NCBI GenBank assembly: GCA_963734115.1
Contig: CAVTFV010000006.1
Location: forward strand, 310,166-374,165
Reading direction: 5' to 3'
Length of the DNA: 64,000 nucleotides
DNA from: an uncultured Acidobacteriota bacterium
GTDB lineage: Bacteria > Actinomycetota > Acidimicrobiia > Spongiisociales > ZC4RG35
Below the pieces are notes generated by a model that had not been told where the DNA came from, ran no database searches, and was given only the letters and a program-made list of their open reading frames with translations. This document shows positions 19,286 to 29,970 of this stretch, one piece after another. A program made the position numbers and the translations under genes. Positions within the stretch are counted from its first letter, which is position 1. Each line of letters starts with the position of its first letter.

Positions 19286-19414
19286 GATCGCGCCCACTCG
19301 CCGGCGACGCGACCACTCTGGGCGGTTATGGTTCCAGAACGGGCGGAGGCTGAGGGGCAGGGGCGTCAAACGCGCACTCTCCCACGATGCACGCATTAGC
19401 GATTGGGAGGACTG

Positions 19415-20666
19415 ATGAAAAGGCGTCGATTTTGGTCGCTGGCTGGTGTAGCGGGACTTGTCGCGGCAGTCTCGCTGCTGGTAGTCCCCGCCCTGGGACA
19501 GAATCCCATTGTCGCCGAGACCGGCGAGCTTCGTCTCGACATGGACTCAAACCCTGACAGATTCGTGCTGTTCGACACCGCGGGCGTGGAGCAAAACCAG
19601 CAGCTTCTTACTGCGTCCAATTGCAAACTGGGTACCGCATCGGTAACTGGCCCGTTGGTCAAGGTGGCGGCCTCGGGCTTGCCGACGAACAAGAACCCAT
19701 TCCCCGGCCTGAAGGACCATCGTCTCGGGGTCGGTCAGAACGGTGAAGGCACCGGAGAAAAATGTGGCCAGATCAACAGGGACAAGAGCCAGGCCCTGAC
19801 GCTCAGTCTCACCGGGGAACTCGAAGGTCAGAGCATCGGCTACGCCGAGCTCAACCTCGAATTCAAATTCAACGGTGACGTGATCCTCCAGACGTCACTC
19901 GCCGGCAACCCGGTCGACACGATCACGGTGGATTGCAACGACGCTTCCGACTGTGGCCCTGATTCCGGTGGCAGCGACAACAAGCTGGTGATTCTCACAT
20001 TCACCAGTGCTGACCCCGACGTGCCCTCGATCACCGGCGTCTTCGACAAAATCGTGATCAAGCCTGGCGATGACTCCCCGAACGGTGCCATTTCCTTGGA
20101 GGGCAACACCCTGTTCCGGCTGGTGGAGGCATTCGACGGCGAGATCGCCTGTGGCGAATCAACGACCCCCCCTCGGCGGCGGTAACGCCACCTCCACCGT
20201 CACCCGCGGCGACGACACCGACGGTGGTTGCAAGGGCGTCGATGGAAAGCTCTTGTACAACTTCGACTCAGGTACTGACGGGACGGAGCTGTTCGTCGAC
20301 TTCTTCACCGAGCCGATTGACGAGATCGACACCACCGTGGCCCAGTTCCTCGAGGTCATCACCTGGGATTTCCTCGGCCCACCTGCTGCCCCGCCACAAC
20401 ACCGAATTCTGAGCTATGACGATCCGCCCCTGAACGGCGCACCCGACGTGGGCAAGCAGCCCATGCCCTGGTGTAAGAAGGACCCGCGCGTCGGTGACCC
20501 AGAGGTCAATGGTGGGCTTCCGATCGGCCCGGTCGTTACGTCCGACTACCTACCCGGAAACCACACTTCGTGTCTGATCGACGTCCACAGCCACGTGAAC
20601 CCGGACGGGACGTTCACCACTGTCCACACGATCTACAACATCGGAGATGGCAAGCGGTGGTCATAG
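19415..20666 (+). pseudogene. Secreted hypothetical protein (Cys-containing, no family recognised); frame break in a C7 run
   Basis: gggagga RBS, then ATG 19415 gives MKRRRFWSLAGVAGLVAAVSLLVVPALG (signal peptide). ORF 19403-20185 ends ..ACGESTTPP and ORF 20070-20666 continues ..LGGGNATSTVTRGDD. The junction lies in the C-run 20166-20172. Confidence 0.7.
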
Positions 20667-23600
20667 GGTCGAGAAGCTCCTAGGTCTTCGAGGAGGCGAT
20701 TCGCCTCCTCGAAGGCATCTCCTTGGTCAAGACCCGTCTGTGCCTTGAGCAGCAGGAGCAGGGCTTCTTCGTAAACGAGGCGTTGCTCACGAGCGCTCGC
20801 CAGCGCCGGCTCCACATGATGAAGCGCCTCATCGGATCGGCCCATGACGATCAAGGCCCCGGCCCGCAATCGTTCCAGCGGCACTTCGTATAGGGCGGCG
20901 TCCTCGCCCGCCAGATCCTTCGCAACATCGATGACCTCGAGGGCGTGATCTGGGTCTCCCGACCGTGTAAGGGCATCGGCGAGATGGACCGCCGCATCGA
21001 CGGCGAAGAAAGGCTGTCCAATCCTGTTGGCCTCGTCGATGACCTGTTTCAGGGCGTCTGCCGCCACCTGAGTATCGCCTCGCTCCATCATGAGCCTCGC
21101 CAGTTGGGTCTCGGCAAAGAGGGCGAACCCGATCACTTTCTGACCGCGCAACACCCGTCTCGCCTCTTGCAGGACAGTCTCGGCCTCATCCAACTGCCCC
21201 CGGCTGATCAGAACCTCGCCCAAATTGGCCGCGGCTGCACCCTCGGCTGCGACGTTCCCGCTGCGCCGGCTCACCTCCTGAGCCTTGGCGTACATCGTGA
21301 TGGCATCCTCCCAGCGCCCGTCGGCATAAGCCTGCACTCCCAGGTTGATGGCAAGGAGCAATATGCCAGACAGATCGCCGAGCTCCTCGAAGATCTCCAG
21401 GGCCTTTTCCTCGTGAACCGCCTCGTCGCGGAGACCGAGGATCTGGTAGGCCTCGTCGATCTTGGTATAGGCGCGGGCCAATGCGTCCATCTCCCCGCTC
21501 GCTTCCGCCTCCTCGACCGCCTGCAGACCGACCTTCAGCGCCATCCGGGGACGCAACTGATCGGAGAGGATCGCAGTGCGAAAGGCACGCAGTCGGGCAG
21601 TGGCTCTCCTTGCCTCCGGAGGCGCCCTCCCTTCGACCTGTTTCAATCCAAGGGCGGTCTCGCGCAGCGCCTGCGAAAGCGCGCCCATTTTCTGGTAGCA
21701 GCGGGCCAAGGAGAGACGCAGGTCGGCCCGGGCAACCGGATCGTCGACGAGGCGGGCCGCTTCCCGCAGAGATGTAATCGCATCGTCGAATGAACCGGCT
21801 TCATAGAGAACCCGGGCCATGGCCGTGAGGACGTCGGCCCGGTCGGCATGCGTCACCCAGTCGAGATGCCGGGCCGAGATGAGGGCCCGATCGTAGAAGG
21901 CAGCCGCCTCGTGATTGGAGTAGTTCTCACGGGCTCGATCGCCCGCCATTCGGGAGAAACGCCAGGTGCGACTCCAACGCTTGGCATAGAAGTAGTGCAA
22001 GGAGAGGATCTCGGCAAACTCCTCTGCCCGACCTCGACAAGCGGCGAACGTGGCGTCGCCCACCTGGGCATGGAGCCGTTCCCTGGTCTTATAGGGAAGT
22101 CCGTCGTAGGCCACGTCGCGGATCAAAGAATGCTGGAAATCGACCCTCCGACTCTGTCCACGGTCAGAAAGTCTGCAAGTCCTTCTAGCGAGCCAGCTGG
22201 ATCCTGCGGGACCTCCCCGTCCATTCCGAGCACAGCCGACACCTGCTCCATTTCGAACCCGTTGCCGAGGACCGAGAGACGGCGGAGAAGATTCCGGTCA
22301 GAGAGCGGCAAGGTGTCGATCCGGGCCGCGATCATCGCCTCCACGGACTGCGGGATCTCCTCGAGCGACCCGCTGTGCCGTAGGGCCTGCAGCAACTCGA
22401 CTAAGAAGAGTGGGTTCCCATCCGCCTGCCGGGCCAGTAGCTCCACCTGCTGTGGGGGCAACGGTGCTTCCTCCGTGGCGCTGAAGATGAGATTTCTTGC
22501 TTCATCGAGCCCCAAGGGATGGAGCTCGACCCTGGTCACGGATGGAGACTCAGGGGCCAAAAACCCCTCGGCGCCCAGTGACCGGGTGAGGACGAACATC
22601 CATGGATAGCGGTCCATCCCGGAGACCAGGCTTGCCAGGAGGTCCCGGGATGGCTCGTCCATCCAATGCGTGTCGTCGACGACAAACACGACCGGGTCCG
22701 TCATCGTCGCCTCGAGCAAAGAACCGATAGCGGCCATCGCACGCACCGGACGGAACTGATCCTCGAGCTGTGACACCTCCTCAGAGTCGGCGATCTCCAA
22801 TCCCAACGCGAGCCCGATCAAGGAAAGCCACGGGCCTAACTCTGGTGCCAGCGTGTCGACCAGCTCGAATAGGGCCTTTTCCGAGGCATCAGGATCCAGA
22901 TCCGTGAGTCCCCAGACCTCGCCTAGCAGCTGCCCGGAACGGGAAATACGGGGTCGCCGATTGATAGAGACGGCATTCAGTGTGAATCACCCGGTCCGGC
23001 TGCGTCGTGGCCAGGAACTCTTCGACGAGGCGACTCTTCCCCATGCCTGCGTCGGCGGCCAGCTCCACCATTTGACCGTTGCCCGATCGGGCTCTCTCCC
23101 AGGCAGCGGTGAGCTGTGCCAGTTCCTCGTCACGCCCGATGAGTGGAAGCCCACCGGTTACCCCCCGGCTTTTGCTTCCCTGCGGATCGCCAACGGATAG
23201 CGCATTGACCGGTAGCTTCTTGCCCTTGACCATGAATGGCTCGAGGGTGCTCACTTCGAATGTGGTTCGTGACCCTGAGATCACCTCAGCCGAGGCATAC
23301 ACCTCACCTGCCGGCGCCCGCGCCATGAGTCGTGCAGCGAGGTTCACCGTGTCACCCATGACCGTGTAGGTGCGGCGATAGGGCGTGCCCACTTCGCCGG
23401 CGAAAACCCGCCCCCAGGTGACGCCAACCGAGATCGGCAGAGCGGGCCTGCCCGAGATCACCCGGCGCAAGGCAAGCAACATCTCCTCCTCGTCGTTGCC
23501 CGTGGTCGACGGAACGCCGGCGGTGAGGATGACTTTGCCCCCATTGGTCGCGATATCGGTCGCCAGGAACGTGATGGAACGGGCGTCGACGGCCTCTTGG

Positions 23601-24391
23601 ACAGCCCGGATCAACGAATCCAGCCGTTCCGCGGCCACTTCGGCACTATCACGCTCGATGACATCGTCGAGACCGTGATGCTGTAGAAATGCCACCGTGG
23701 CGGGTCGGTGTTCAGGTTCAACCTCGCCACTCAGCAGCAATTGGCAAAGACCGATCGGGACGAACTGAGCGAGTTCATCGGGCGACGATTCGACGTGCCG
23801 TCGGGCCGCGCTCTCCACCTCCATCGCCCCTCTGAGCAGAACACCGGGGCCAGAGGGCCTTCCCCTGTTCGCCGCAGGGATCGCGGACGCGGTCCCCGGG
23901 CTGAGCAGGACCTGACCAGCTCGCGCAGCGCCCTCCATCTCGACGGTGCGAGTGGCTGCAGGGCCGGAGACGATCAATTCTCGATGAGACCCCCCAACCA
24001 GGAAGAAGTCGAACATGCCGCTGTGAATGCCGACTGACATCCGCAGCGTGACCTTGCCTGCACTGGTGACACACACGCCCACCTCATCCAGCCTCTGTTG
24101 CATAGCGCGGGCCGCGGCGCAGGCACGAAGCGCGTGCTGGTCACCGGCGAAAAAGAGCAGCAAGGCATCCCCACCGAATTTGAGGAGACTGGCTCCGAAG
24201 GAGTAAGCCGCTGCGAGCAGCTCATGGAAGGTGGTTGCGATCACCGCAGTGAGCTCCTCAGCTCCGAGCTTCCCATGCTTGGCCAGGCGCTCGGACATTG
24301 CAGTGAACCCAGAAATGTCAACGAAGACCATCGACCCTTCGAGACACTGGTGCAATTGGCCGGGAGCGTCCTCGTCCCAGTCCCGCACCAT
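20633..24391 (-). pseudogene. Tandem class III cyclase domains plus AAA/STAND ATPase plus TPR protein; two frame breaks
   Basis: CHD1: MVFVDISGFTAMSE..KFGGDALLLFF. CHD2: ..YTVMGDTVNLAARLM. P-loop AADAGMGKSRLV and Walker B VVFVVDDTHWMD. The TPR tail is ORF 20633-22126. Breaks lie at about 22932-22936 (..YFPFR/QLLGEVWGL..) and about 22126-22140 (..VDFQHSLIRDVAYD..). Confidence 0.85.
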
Positions 24392-24531
24392 GCCGCGGCA
24401 GGTAGGGCTGAGGTGAGGCGCTCATGTGAGGGAGATTAGAGCCGCATTGTTCCCGCCCCCGTCCGGGCCGGGTCGGCGCCAGATATTGTCCGGGGTAGGA
24501 GTGTGGTGACGAGGCCGAGGGAGCAATCGAA

Positions 24532-25704
24532 TTGAGCGAGCCAAGGTCGGCGCGGATGACCCGGATTGCACCGCCTCGTCTTCAGACGACGGGAGATGGT
24601 GGGCATCGGAGTGCGACCTGGCTCGAGCTCTTCTACGACCTCGCCTTCGTGGTGGTCATCGCCGTTCTCGGAGGACGTCTCCTCGCCGACACGTCGTGGA
24701 CAGGATTGTGGTCCTTCTTCGGTTACTTCGCCCTGCTCTGGTGGCTGTGGGTGAGCAACACGTTCTACGCCGATCGCTATGACACCGACGATCTCGTCTA
24801 CCGGTTGTGGTCGGCGGCACAGATGGTGGCCGTCCTGGTCATAGCTGCCTCACTGGCCGAGGGCCCTTCGGCCTCCACCACCATGTTCGCAGTCGGCTAT
24901 GCGAGTTCCCGACTGGTCCTTCTCGCCCTCTACTACAGGGTGTACCGGCATGTCCTCGAGACCCGCAGCCTGGTCCGCGGGTATCTGATCGGGTTTGGTG
25001 CGGCGTCAGTGGTTTGGACCGCATCTATCTTCGTGCCGGACCCGGCCCGATTCGTCGTTTGGGGAGTGGCGCTGGCCATCGATCTCGCCACACCATGGGT
25101 GGTGAGACGCCAGCAGGCGACGGTGCCTCTCGACCAATCACATCTCCCCGAGCGTTTCGGGTTGTTCGTGATCCTGGTGCTCGGCGAGTCCCTCGCCGCC
25201 GTCGTGTCCGGGCTCAGTCATATCGGTTGGTCGACCTCATCGCTGATCGCGGTGGTCCTGGGTGTGTTGTTGGCGACGCTGCTCTGGTGGCTCTACTTCG
25301 ACAACGCCGAGGGCAGCGTTGTGAGACGCCGGAGTGTGGAAGGGCGGACCTGGCGGCCGACAGTTTGGATCTACACCCATCTTCCGCTGGCGGCGGCGCT
25401 CGCCATCGTCGGAGTCGCGCTCGACCAGGCAATTCTCAATGCAGGCGAGGAGCCGATGCTCGCCTCCCAACGCTGGCTCCTGGTGGGGGGAGTCGCCCTC
25501 GCCCTGGTGAGCATGGCCGTGATCCAGATCGCCTCCATCGGCCAGTCGCCACCGGCGGTGAATCGGGCCATCGCCATCAACCGGGTCGCCGGAATCCCTT
25601 TTCTCGCGCTGATCGGTTTCCTGGTCCAGGCCGATCCACTATGGGTTCTCGCTGGAGCCACCGGGGTTCTCGTGGCGGTTCTGGCAGCGGATATGGCCGT
25701 GTAG
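24532..25704 (+). CDS. ltrA: Low-temperature-requirement A (LtrA) family membrane protein
   Basis: Intact ORF: ..HRSATWLELFYDLAFVVVIA..HLPERFGLFVILVLGESL.., multi-pass hydrophobic. ATG 24556 is an alternative start. Confidence 0.8.
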   Translation: MSEPRSARMTRIAPPRLQTTGDGGHRSATWLELFYDLAFVVVIAVLGGRLLADTSWTGLWSFFGYFALLWWLWVSNTFYADRYDTDDLVYRLWSAAQMVAVLVIAASLAEGPSASTTMFAVGYASSRLVLLALYYRVYRHVLETRSLVRGYLIGFGAASVVWTASIFVPDPARFVVWGVALAIDLATPWVVRRQQATVPLDQSHLPERFGLFVILVLGESLAAVVSGLSHIGWSTSSLIAVVLGVLLATLLWWLYFDNAEGSVVRRRSVEGRTWRPTVWIYTHLPLAAALAIVGVALDQAILNAGEEPMLASQRWLLVGGVALALVSMAVIQIASIGQSPPAVNRAIAINRVAGIPFLALIGFLVQADPLWVLAGATGVLVAVLAADMAV

Positions 25705-25713
25705 GGGGGCCGA

Positions 25714-26028
25714 CTATCTGGGCATCGGCGGGGCCGCTGGGGTGGAGTAGCCCCTGATCCGATCACGGTTCCCGTAGGCACCGCCGCTGTAGGAGGCGAT
25801 GTCGGCCACGACCGCGAGAACGATCCCGAACCAATCGAAGAATCCCGTAACCCCGCCTGGGGCGACCGCCACGTACATCAGGGTCGTCCACGGCAGGAAG
25901 ACGAACCCGAGGAGCGGCCACACGAAGGTGGAGAAGGCAAGGTCCCAACGGGCAGGCTGAGCGAGTCCCCAGACGATGATCCCCAGACGGGGCCCGAGCA
26001 GGACCATGACCGTCGCGACACAACACAT
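25714..26028 (-). CDS. Small integral membrane protein (hypothetical)
   Basis: Intact 104-aa ORF with three hydrophobic spans (..VMVLLGPRLGIIVWGL.., ..FVWPLLGFVFLPW.., ..FGIVLAVVADIA..). Confidence 0.6.
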   Translation of the reverse strand: MCCVATVMVLLGPRLGIIVWGLAQPARWDLAFSTFVWPLLGFVFLPWTTLMYVAVAPGGVTGFFDWFGIVLAVVADIASYSGGAYGNRDRIRGYSTPAAPPMPR

Positions 26029-26100
26029 ATCAGAGTCCTTTCACCGGGGCCACGAGTACTCCAAGGAGCAACTTACACGGCGGATTCGGACGTTGTCGGC

Positions 26101-26481
26101 TCAGGCGGTGGCTTCGACAGCGTCAGGTTCGATCGCGGCCGCACGACGACCTTGGTCGAAAGTGGACAGGGCCAATCGGATGTCCACCGCCGCCTCGGCG
26201 GCCGATGTGCTTGGGGCATCATCATCGGTCATCGAGAAGCTCTCCCCCGGCACACGCACCTGGAGCACTGCCGGCTCGAGCCGCTCGGGCTCATGCCACG
26301 GATTCCTAAGCACTCGGAAGACACTCTCCAGGAATGCCTCGGAATCCTCCCGGGACGTGTCCACCGGCACCACGGTCTGACGTGCCATTTCATGGGGGAC
26401 GAATTCGACCGGAGGCTCTTCGGCGACCATGAGGAGCTCGGTCGCCGTGGCCCTCTGCACAACATGGGCCGGCAACGTCAC
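26101..26481 (-). CDS. Hypothetical acidic protein
   Basis: Intact 126-aa ORF with GC-rich third positions. No motif recognised. Confidence 0.45.
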   Translation of the reverse strand: MTLPAHVVQRATATELLMVAEEPPVEFVPHEMARQTVVPVDTSREDSEAFLESVFRVLRNPWHEPERLEPAVLQVRVPGESFSMTDDDAPSTSAAEAAVDIRLALSTFDQGRRAAAIEPDAVEATA

Positions 26482-26510
26482 CTGGAATGCCGTGGGGGCG
26501 CCGTCCCCAC

Positions 26511-26813
26511 TCAGGCGGATGCGAACGCCTGATCTGCGGCCAGGCGAGCCGCCGTGGCGATTCCAGCGGCGAGCACCGGTTCCTCCAACAAGCGATTGAG
26601 GGCCGTGATGCCATCACCAGAGATTCCCGTGGAAGCGGAGATCGAAATCTGATACGAGTCTTCCTCCCAGGAGCCTCTCGCCCTGATCGTCTCCGCCGGC
26701 CCGGCTGCCGTCAGGATGCCTGTCACCTCGGAGAGGAGGCCGACCAGTTCCCCGACTACGCGTGCCGGCACCTCGGCCGGGTCCAGCGTCATGAGCCGCG
26801 ACCCGTCGCTCAT
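26511..26813 (-). CDS. Hypothetical protein
   Basis: Intact 100-aa ORF, 29 nt upstream of 26101-26481 on the same strand. No motif recognised. Confidence 0.45.
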   Translation of the reverse strand: MSDGSRLMTLDPAEVPARVVGELVGLLSEVTGILTAAGPAETIRARGSWEEDSYQISISASTGISGDGITALNRLLEEPVLAAGIATAARLAADQAFASA

Positions 26814-26949
26814 CGACCTTGGACAATGCGATCTCGATCAATTGGGCGATGTCCATTGCACAAACGGTATTCCACGCCAGCCCCTCAACCAAGGACCCCG
26901 GCATTTGGAGGTACCGGGGACCGAGACCCCGCGGCGATATCGTGTACGG

Positions 26950-28579
26950 ATGTCCAGGCGTCTCTTTCCGGGGAAGAGAAGGCCGCTTCGAGCCCGTGAG
27001 CAGACGGACCCGAAGGTCTTCGCCACCCGGCATCGCTTCTTGCTCGTTCTGCTCCTGATCCAGGTGCCGGTTCTCGCCGTCGTCGGCCTGGTCACCGGTG
27101 TGCCCACCTACGAGATCGTGATCGCATCGCTGATCCTCGTCGTCATGGCCGTGATTGGCATGACGACGAGGACTCAGGGCATGGCCGCAGGCGCGGTGTC
27201 CATCGGTCTCGTCACCGCGGCCGGGATCGTGGTCCGCTACCTCGAGGGTTCGGCCGAATCACAGTTCGCATTCCTGCTCGCCCTTGTCGCCGTCTCCTTC
27301 TATCAGGAGTGGAGGCTGGTCCTGGCTGGGTTCATCTATGTGGCGGCGTTCCAGATCTTCAATTTCTTGGTGTTGTATCGAGAGGCATACGTCGAGCGTT
27401 ATGGCGTCGCCCACCTCGCTTTGCCTGTTCGTGTTCCTGACCTTGACCCTCGTCCTCGTGGCGCTCCTGATCGCCGGCTGGCGACTGGCAGCCCGGGGCG
27501 AAGCCAGGCGAATCACTGGCGAGGCGGACTTCAGATTTGGCTTCGACAAGGCGAACATCGGGATGGCCGTGCTCAGCCCGTCGGGTGAGTTCATCTATGC
27601 CAACGAGGCCCTGACCCTGATGCTCGGGCCCGTGACCGGCGCCAATATCAGGAGCGTCGTCCACACCGACGACACCGCTGAGTTGGGACAGGTTTGGGAA
27701 GAGATTGGGAATGGCGCCACCCAGAGCGCCACCACCTGGATGCGCTGGCGGGCCACCGACGGCCGGGCCATCTGGGGCCGTTTGTCCCTCTCTTTCCTGC
27801 GCGCAAGCAAGTTGCGACCGGCGGCGATCCTGCTCCAACTGGAGGATTCCACCCGAGCCCATCATGACGAACTGCGTCTGGAGCGCTTGATCCAGGGCAG
27901 GGACCAATTCGTCGCCGCCATCGCCGAGGACATCCGGGCGCCAATCAGCGCCGTGCTCGACCTGACGGTCCAAGCCGAGGGAGATCCCGTCGATCTGCAT
28001 CGGACTGTTCGCCGCATCGACTCGCACGCCAGGGAGGTGGCCTCGATCGTCGATGATCTGATCCTCTCCGCCGGCAAGGCCCCGTCCCATCCCCTGGCTC
28101 GCTCGGTAGATGCCTCAGTTCTCTGCCGGGAGGCCCTATCCGATGTTCCGGACGCCGAGAACATCGCGATCGAGGTCGGGGCCACCTCGTTGTGGGCCGA
28201 TCCAGGGATGACCATCAGAATCCTCGACAGCCTCGTGGCCAATGCAATTCGATACGGCGGATCGGTTGTGAGCCTCGAAACAGCCGGCTCCGGCCCCGAC
28301 ACCGTGATCTCGGTCATCGATGACGGGCCGGCGATACCCGTGCCCGACCGAGAGAAGATCTTCAACGGCGACCTGCGCGCCGGTGCGCCGGTGACTCGGC
28401 CGGCTGCAGTTGGGCTCAGTCTCACGGTGGCCAGACATCTCGCCCGGCAAATGGACGGTGACATCACCTATAGGCGAACCGGGGATGGGCACAACGTCTT
28501 CGAGTTGAGCCTGCCCTCGGAATCACTGAGGGTTGGCCACGAGGTCAGAGTCGACGAGACCCTCGGCATCCCGGCCTAG
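26950..28579 (+). pseudogene. Membrane PAS / HisKA-like / HATPase_c sensor kinase-like protein lacking the phospho-acceptor His; one frame break near 27395-27402
   Basis: ATG 26950. TM-rich N-terminus (ORF 26716-27588) joins ORF 27284-28579: PAS (..IGMAVLSPSGEFIYANEALT..), H-box position FVAAIAEDIRAPISAV (Glu where His is expected), N-box LVANAIRYG, G-boxes VIDDGPAIP and AVGLSLTVARH. Confidence 0.75.
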
Positions 28580-28599
28580 TGGTCTGTCGGGCCGCTAGC

Positions 28600-29187
28600 T
28601 CAGCTGGCCGCGGCCTCGCTCATCACCCGTTCCAGGGTGTGCTCGACCACCGCCTGCAGCGCTCGCTGCACATCGACCCGAACGCGGGCGTCGCAATGGA
28701 CGATGGGGACTTCGGGGCCGACGCGTAGTGCCTCCCGGACAAGCTCTGACTCGTGGATTCGGCGGCCGTGAAAGGTGTTGACGGCTACCACGAATGGTGT
28801 TCCCCGCTTCTCGAAGAAATCGATGGCCGCAAAGCATGCCTCGATCCGGCGGGTATCGACCAGGACCACTGCCCCGATGGCTCCCCGAGCAAGCTCGTCC
28901 CACATGAAATGGAAGCGGTCCTGACCGGGGGTGCCGAACAAGTAGAGGACGAGACGATGCTTGAGGCTGATCCGACCAAAGTCCATGGCCACGGTCGTCT
29001 CGGTCTTGGTGCCGTCAGGGTAGAGCTCGTCGATCCCGGCGCTGGCGTCGGTGATGATCGCCTCGCTGCGCAGTGGCTCGATCTCGGATATGGCGCCGAC
29101 GAAGGTCGTCTTGCCTACGCCGAAGCCCCCGGCGACGACGATCTTGACCGGGGTGAACCCGGTCCGTTCAGAGGGCCCGGATCCCAT
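28600..29187 (-). CDS. cvnD: Conservon GTPase CvnD (MglA/Ras-like)
   Basis: Intact ORF: ..KIVVAGGFGVGKTTFV.. (P-loop), ..LFGTPGQDRF.., ..VAVNTFHG.. Confidence 0.85.
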   Translation of the reverse strand: MGSGPSERTGFTPVKIVVAGGFGVGKTTFVGAISEIEPLRSEAIITDASAGIDELYPDGTKTETTVAMDFGRISLKHRLVLYLFGTPGQDRFHFMWDELARGAIGAVVLVDTRRIEACFAAIDFFEKRGTPFVVAVNTFHGRRIHESELVREALRVGPEVPIVHCDARVRVDVQRALQAVVEHTLERVMSEAAAS

Positions 29188-29548
29188 CGATCACCTTGTG
29201 GAGGAGTTCGGCATAGTCGTTGTCGCTCGATTCGGAGAAAGTCGCCGATGGCGGCTCCGTGATGGTGATCGCTCCCTGGTCGCGCAGGTCGGCGGCAAGG
29301 ACCCGGATCACGCCTACCGGGACCTCCAGGTTCGCCGCCAGCTCGACGATGGCGATCTCCCTGCGGCTCTGGGCGATGATCTCGGCGGCTTCCCAGCGAA
29401 AACGGCCACGCATCCGCATCCCGGCAGGAGTAACTGCAACCAGCGCTTCCAGGGCGATGATCGGGAGTCCCACCCCGCTCCGACCACCGGTCATTGTGTA
29501 GGGGCGGACGATCCGACCGCCGATTCGGATGCCGGGATCGGTGGTCAT
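29168..29548 (-). CDS. cvnC: Conservon DUF742 protein CvnC
   Basis: Intact 126-aa ORF: ..RIVRPYTMTGGRS..IVELAANLEVPVGVIRVLAADLRDQG.. It overlaps both neighbouring genes. Confidence 0.8.
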   Translation of the reverse strand: MTTDPGIRIGGRIVRPYTMTGGRSGVGLPIIALEALVAVTPAGMRMRGRFRWEAAEIIAQSRREIAIVELAANLEVPVGVIRVLAADLRDQGAITITEPPSATFSESSDNDYAELLHKVIDGIRAL

Positions 29549-29970
29549 GCCGGCTCGGGTTCGACCAGTCGCGCCTTGAGCTCTTCCCGGATATCAGGGG
29601 TGAGGCTGTCCCCGACCCGTTGCACGAAGATGGACATCTCGAAGGCCACGGCCCCGAGGTCGATCTCCTTGCTGGTGAGACAGCACAGGAGCGAGCCGTG
29701 ACGGATGCCGGTGACAAAGAGCCATCCCTGCTGCATCTCGACGATGATGTTCGACACTGCGCCGGCCCCGAACCGGCCGGCGGATCCGTAGGCCAATCCG
29801 ATCATCCCCGATGACACCGCGGCCAGTCTCTCGGCGGTCTCCCGATCGACATCCTGTGACCTGGCCATGGCCAGCCCATCTGATGAGACGACGACCGCCT
29901 GCTTGATGGCGGGCACCGTGACGCATAGACGTTCGAGCAGCCAATTGAGGTTGGTGGCGGCGTCAGTCAT
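29545..29970 (-). CDS. cvnB: Conservon roadblock/LC7 protein CvnB
   Basis: ATG 29970 overlaps the cvnA stop (ATGACTGA). MTDAATNLNWLLERL..VPAIKQAVVVSSDGLAMA.. The track ORF extension to 30135 lies inside cvnA. Confidence 0.8.
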   Translation of the reverse strand: MTDAATNLNWLLERLCVTVPAIKQAVVVSSDGLAMARSQDVDRETAERLAAVSSGMIGLAYGSAGRFGAGAVSNIIVEMQQGWLFVTGIRHGSLLCCLTSKEIDLGAVAFEMSIFVQRVGDSLTPDIREELKARLVEPEPA

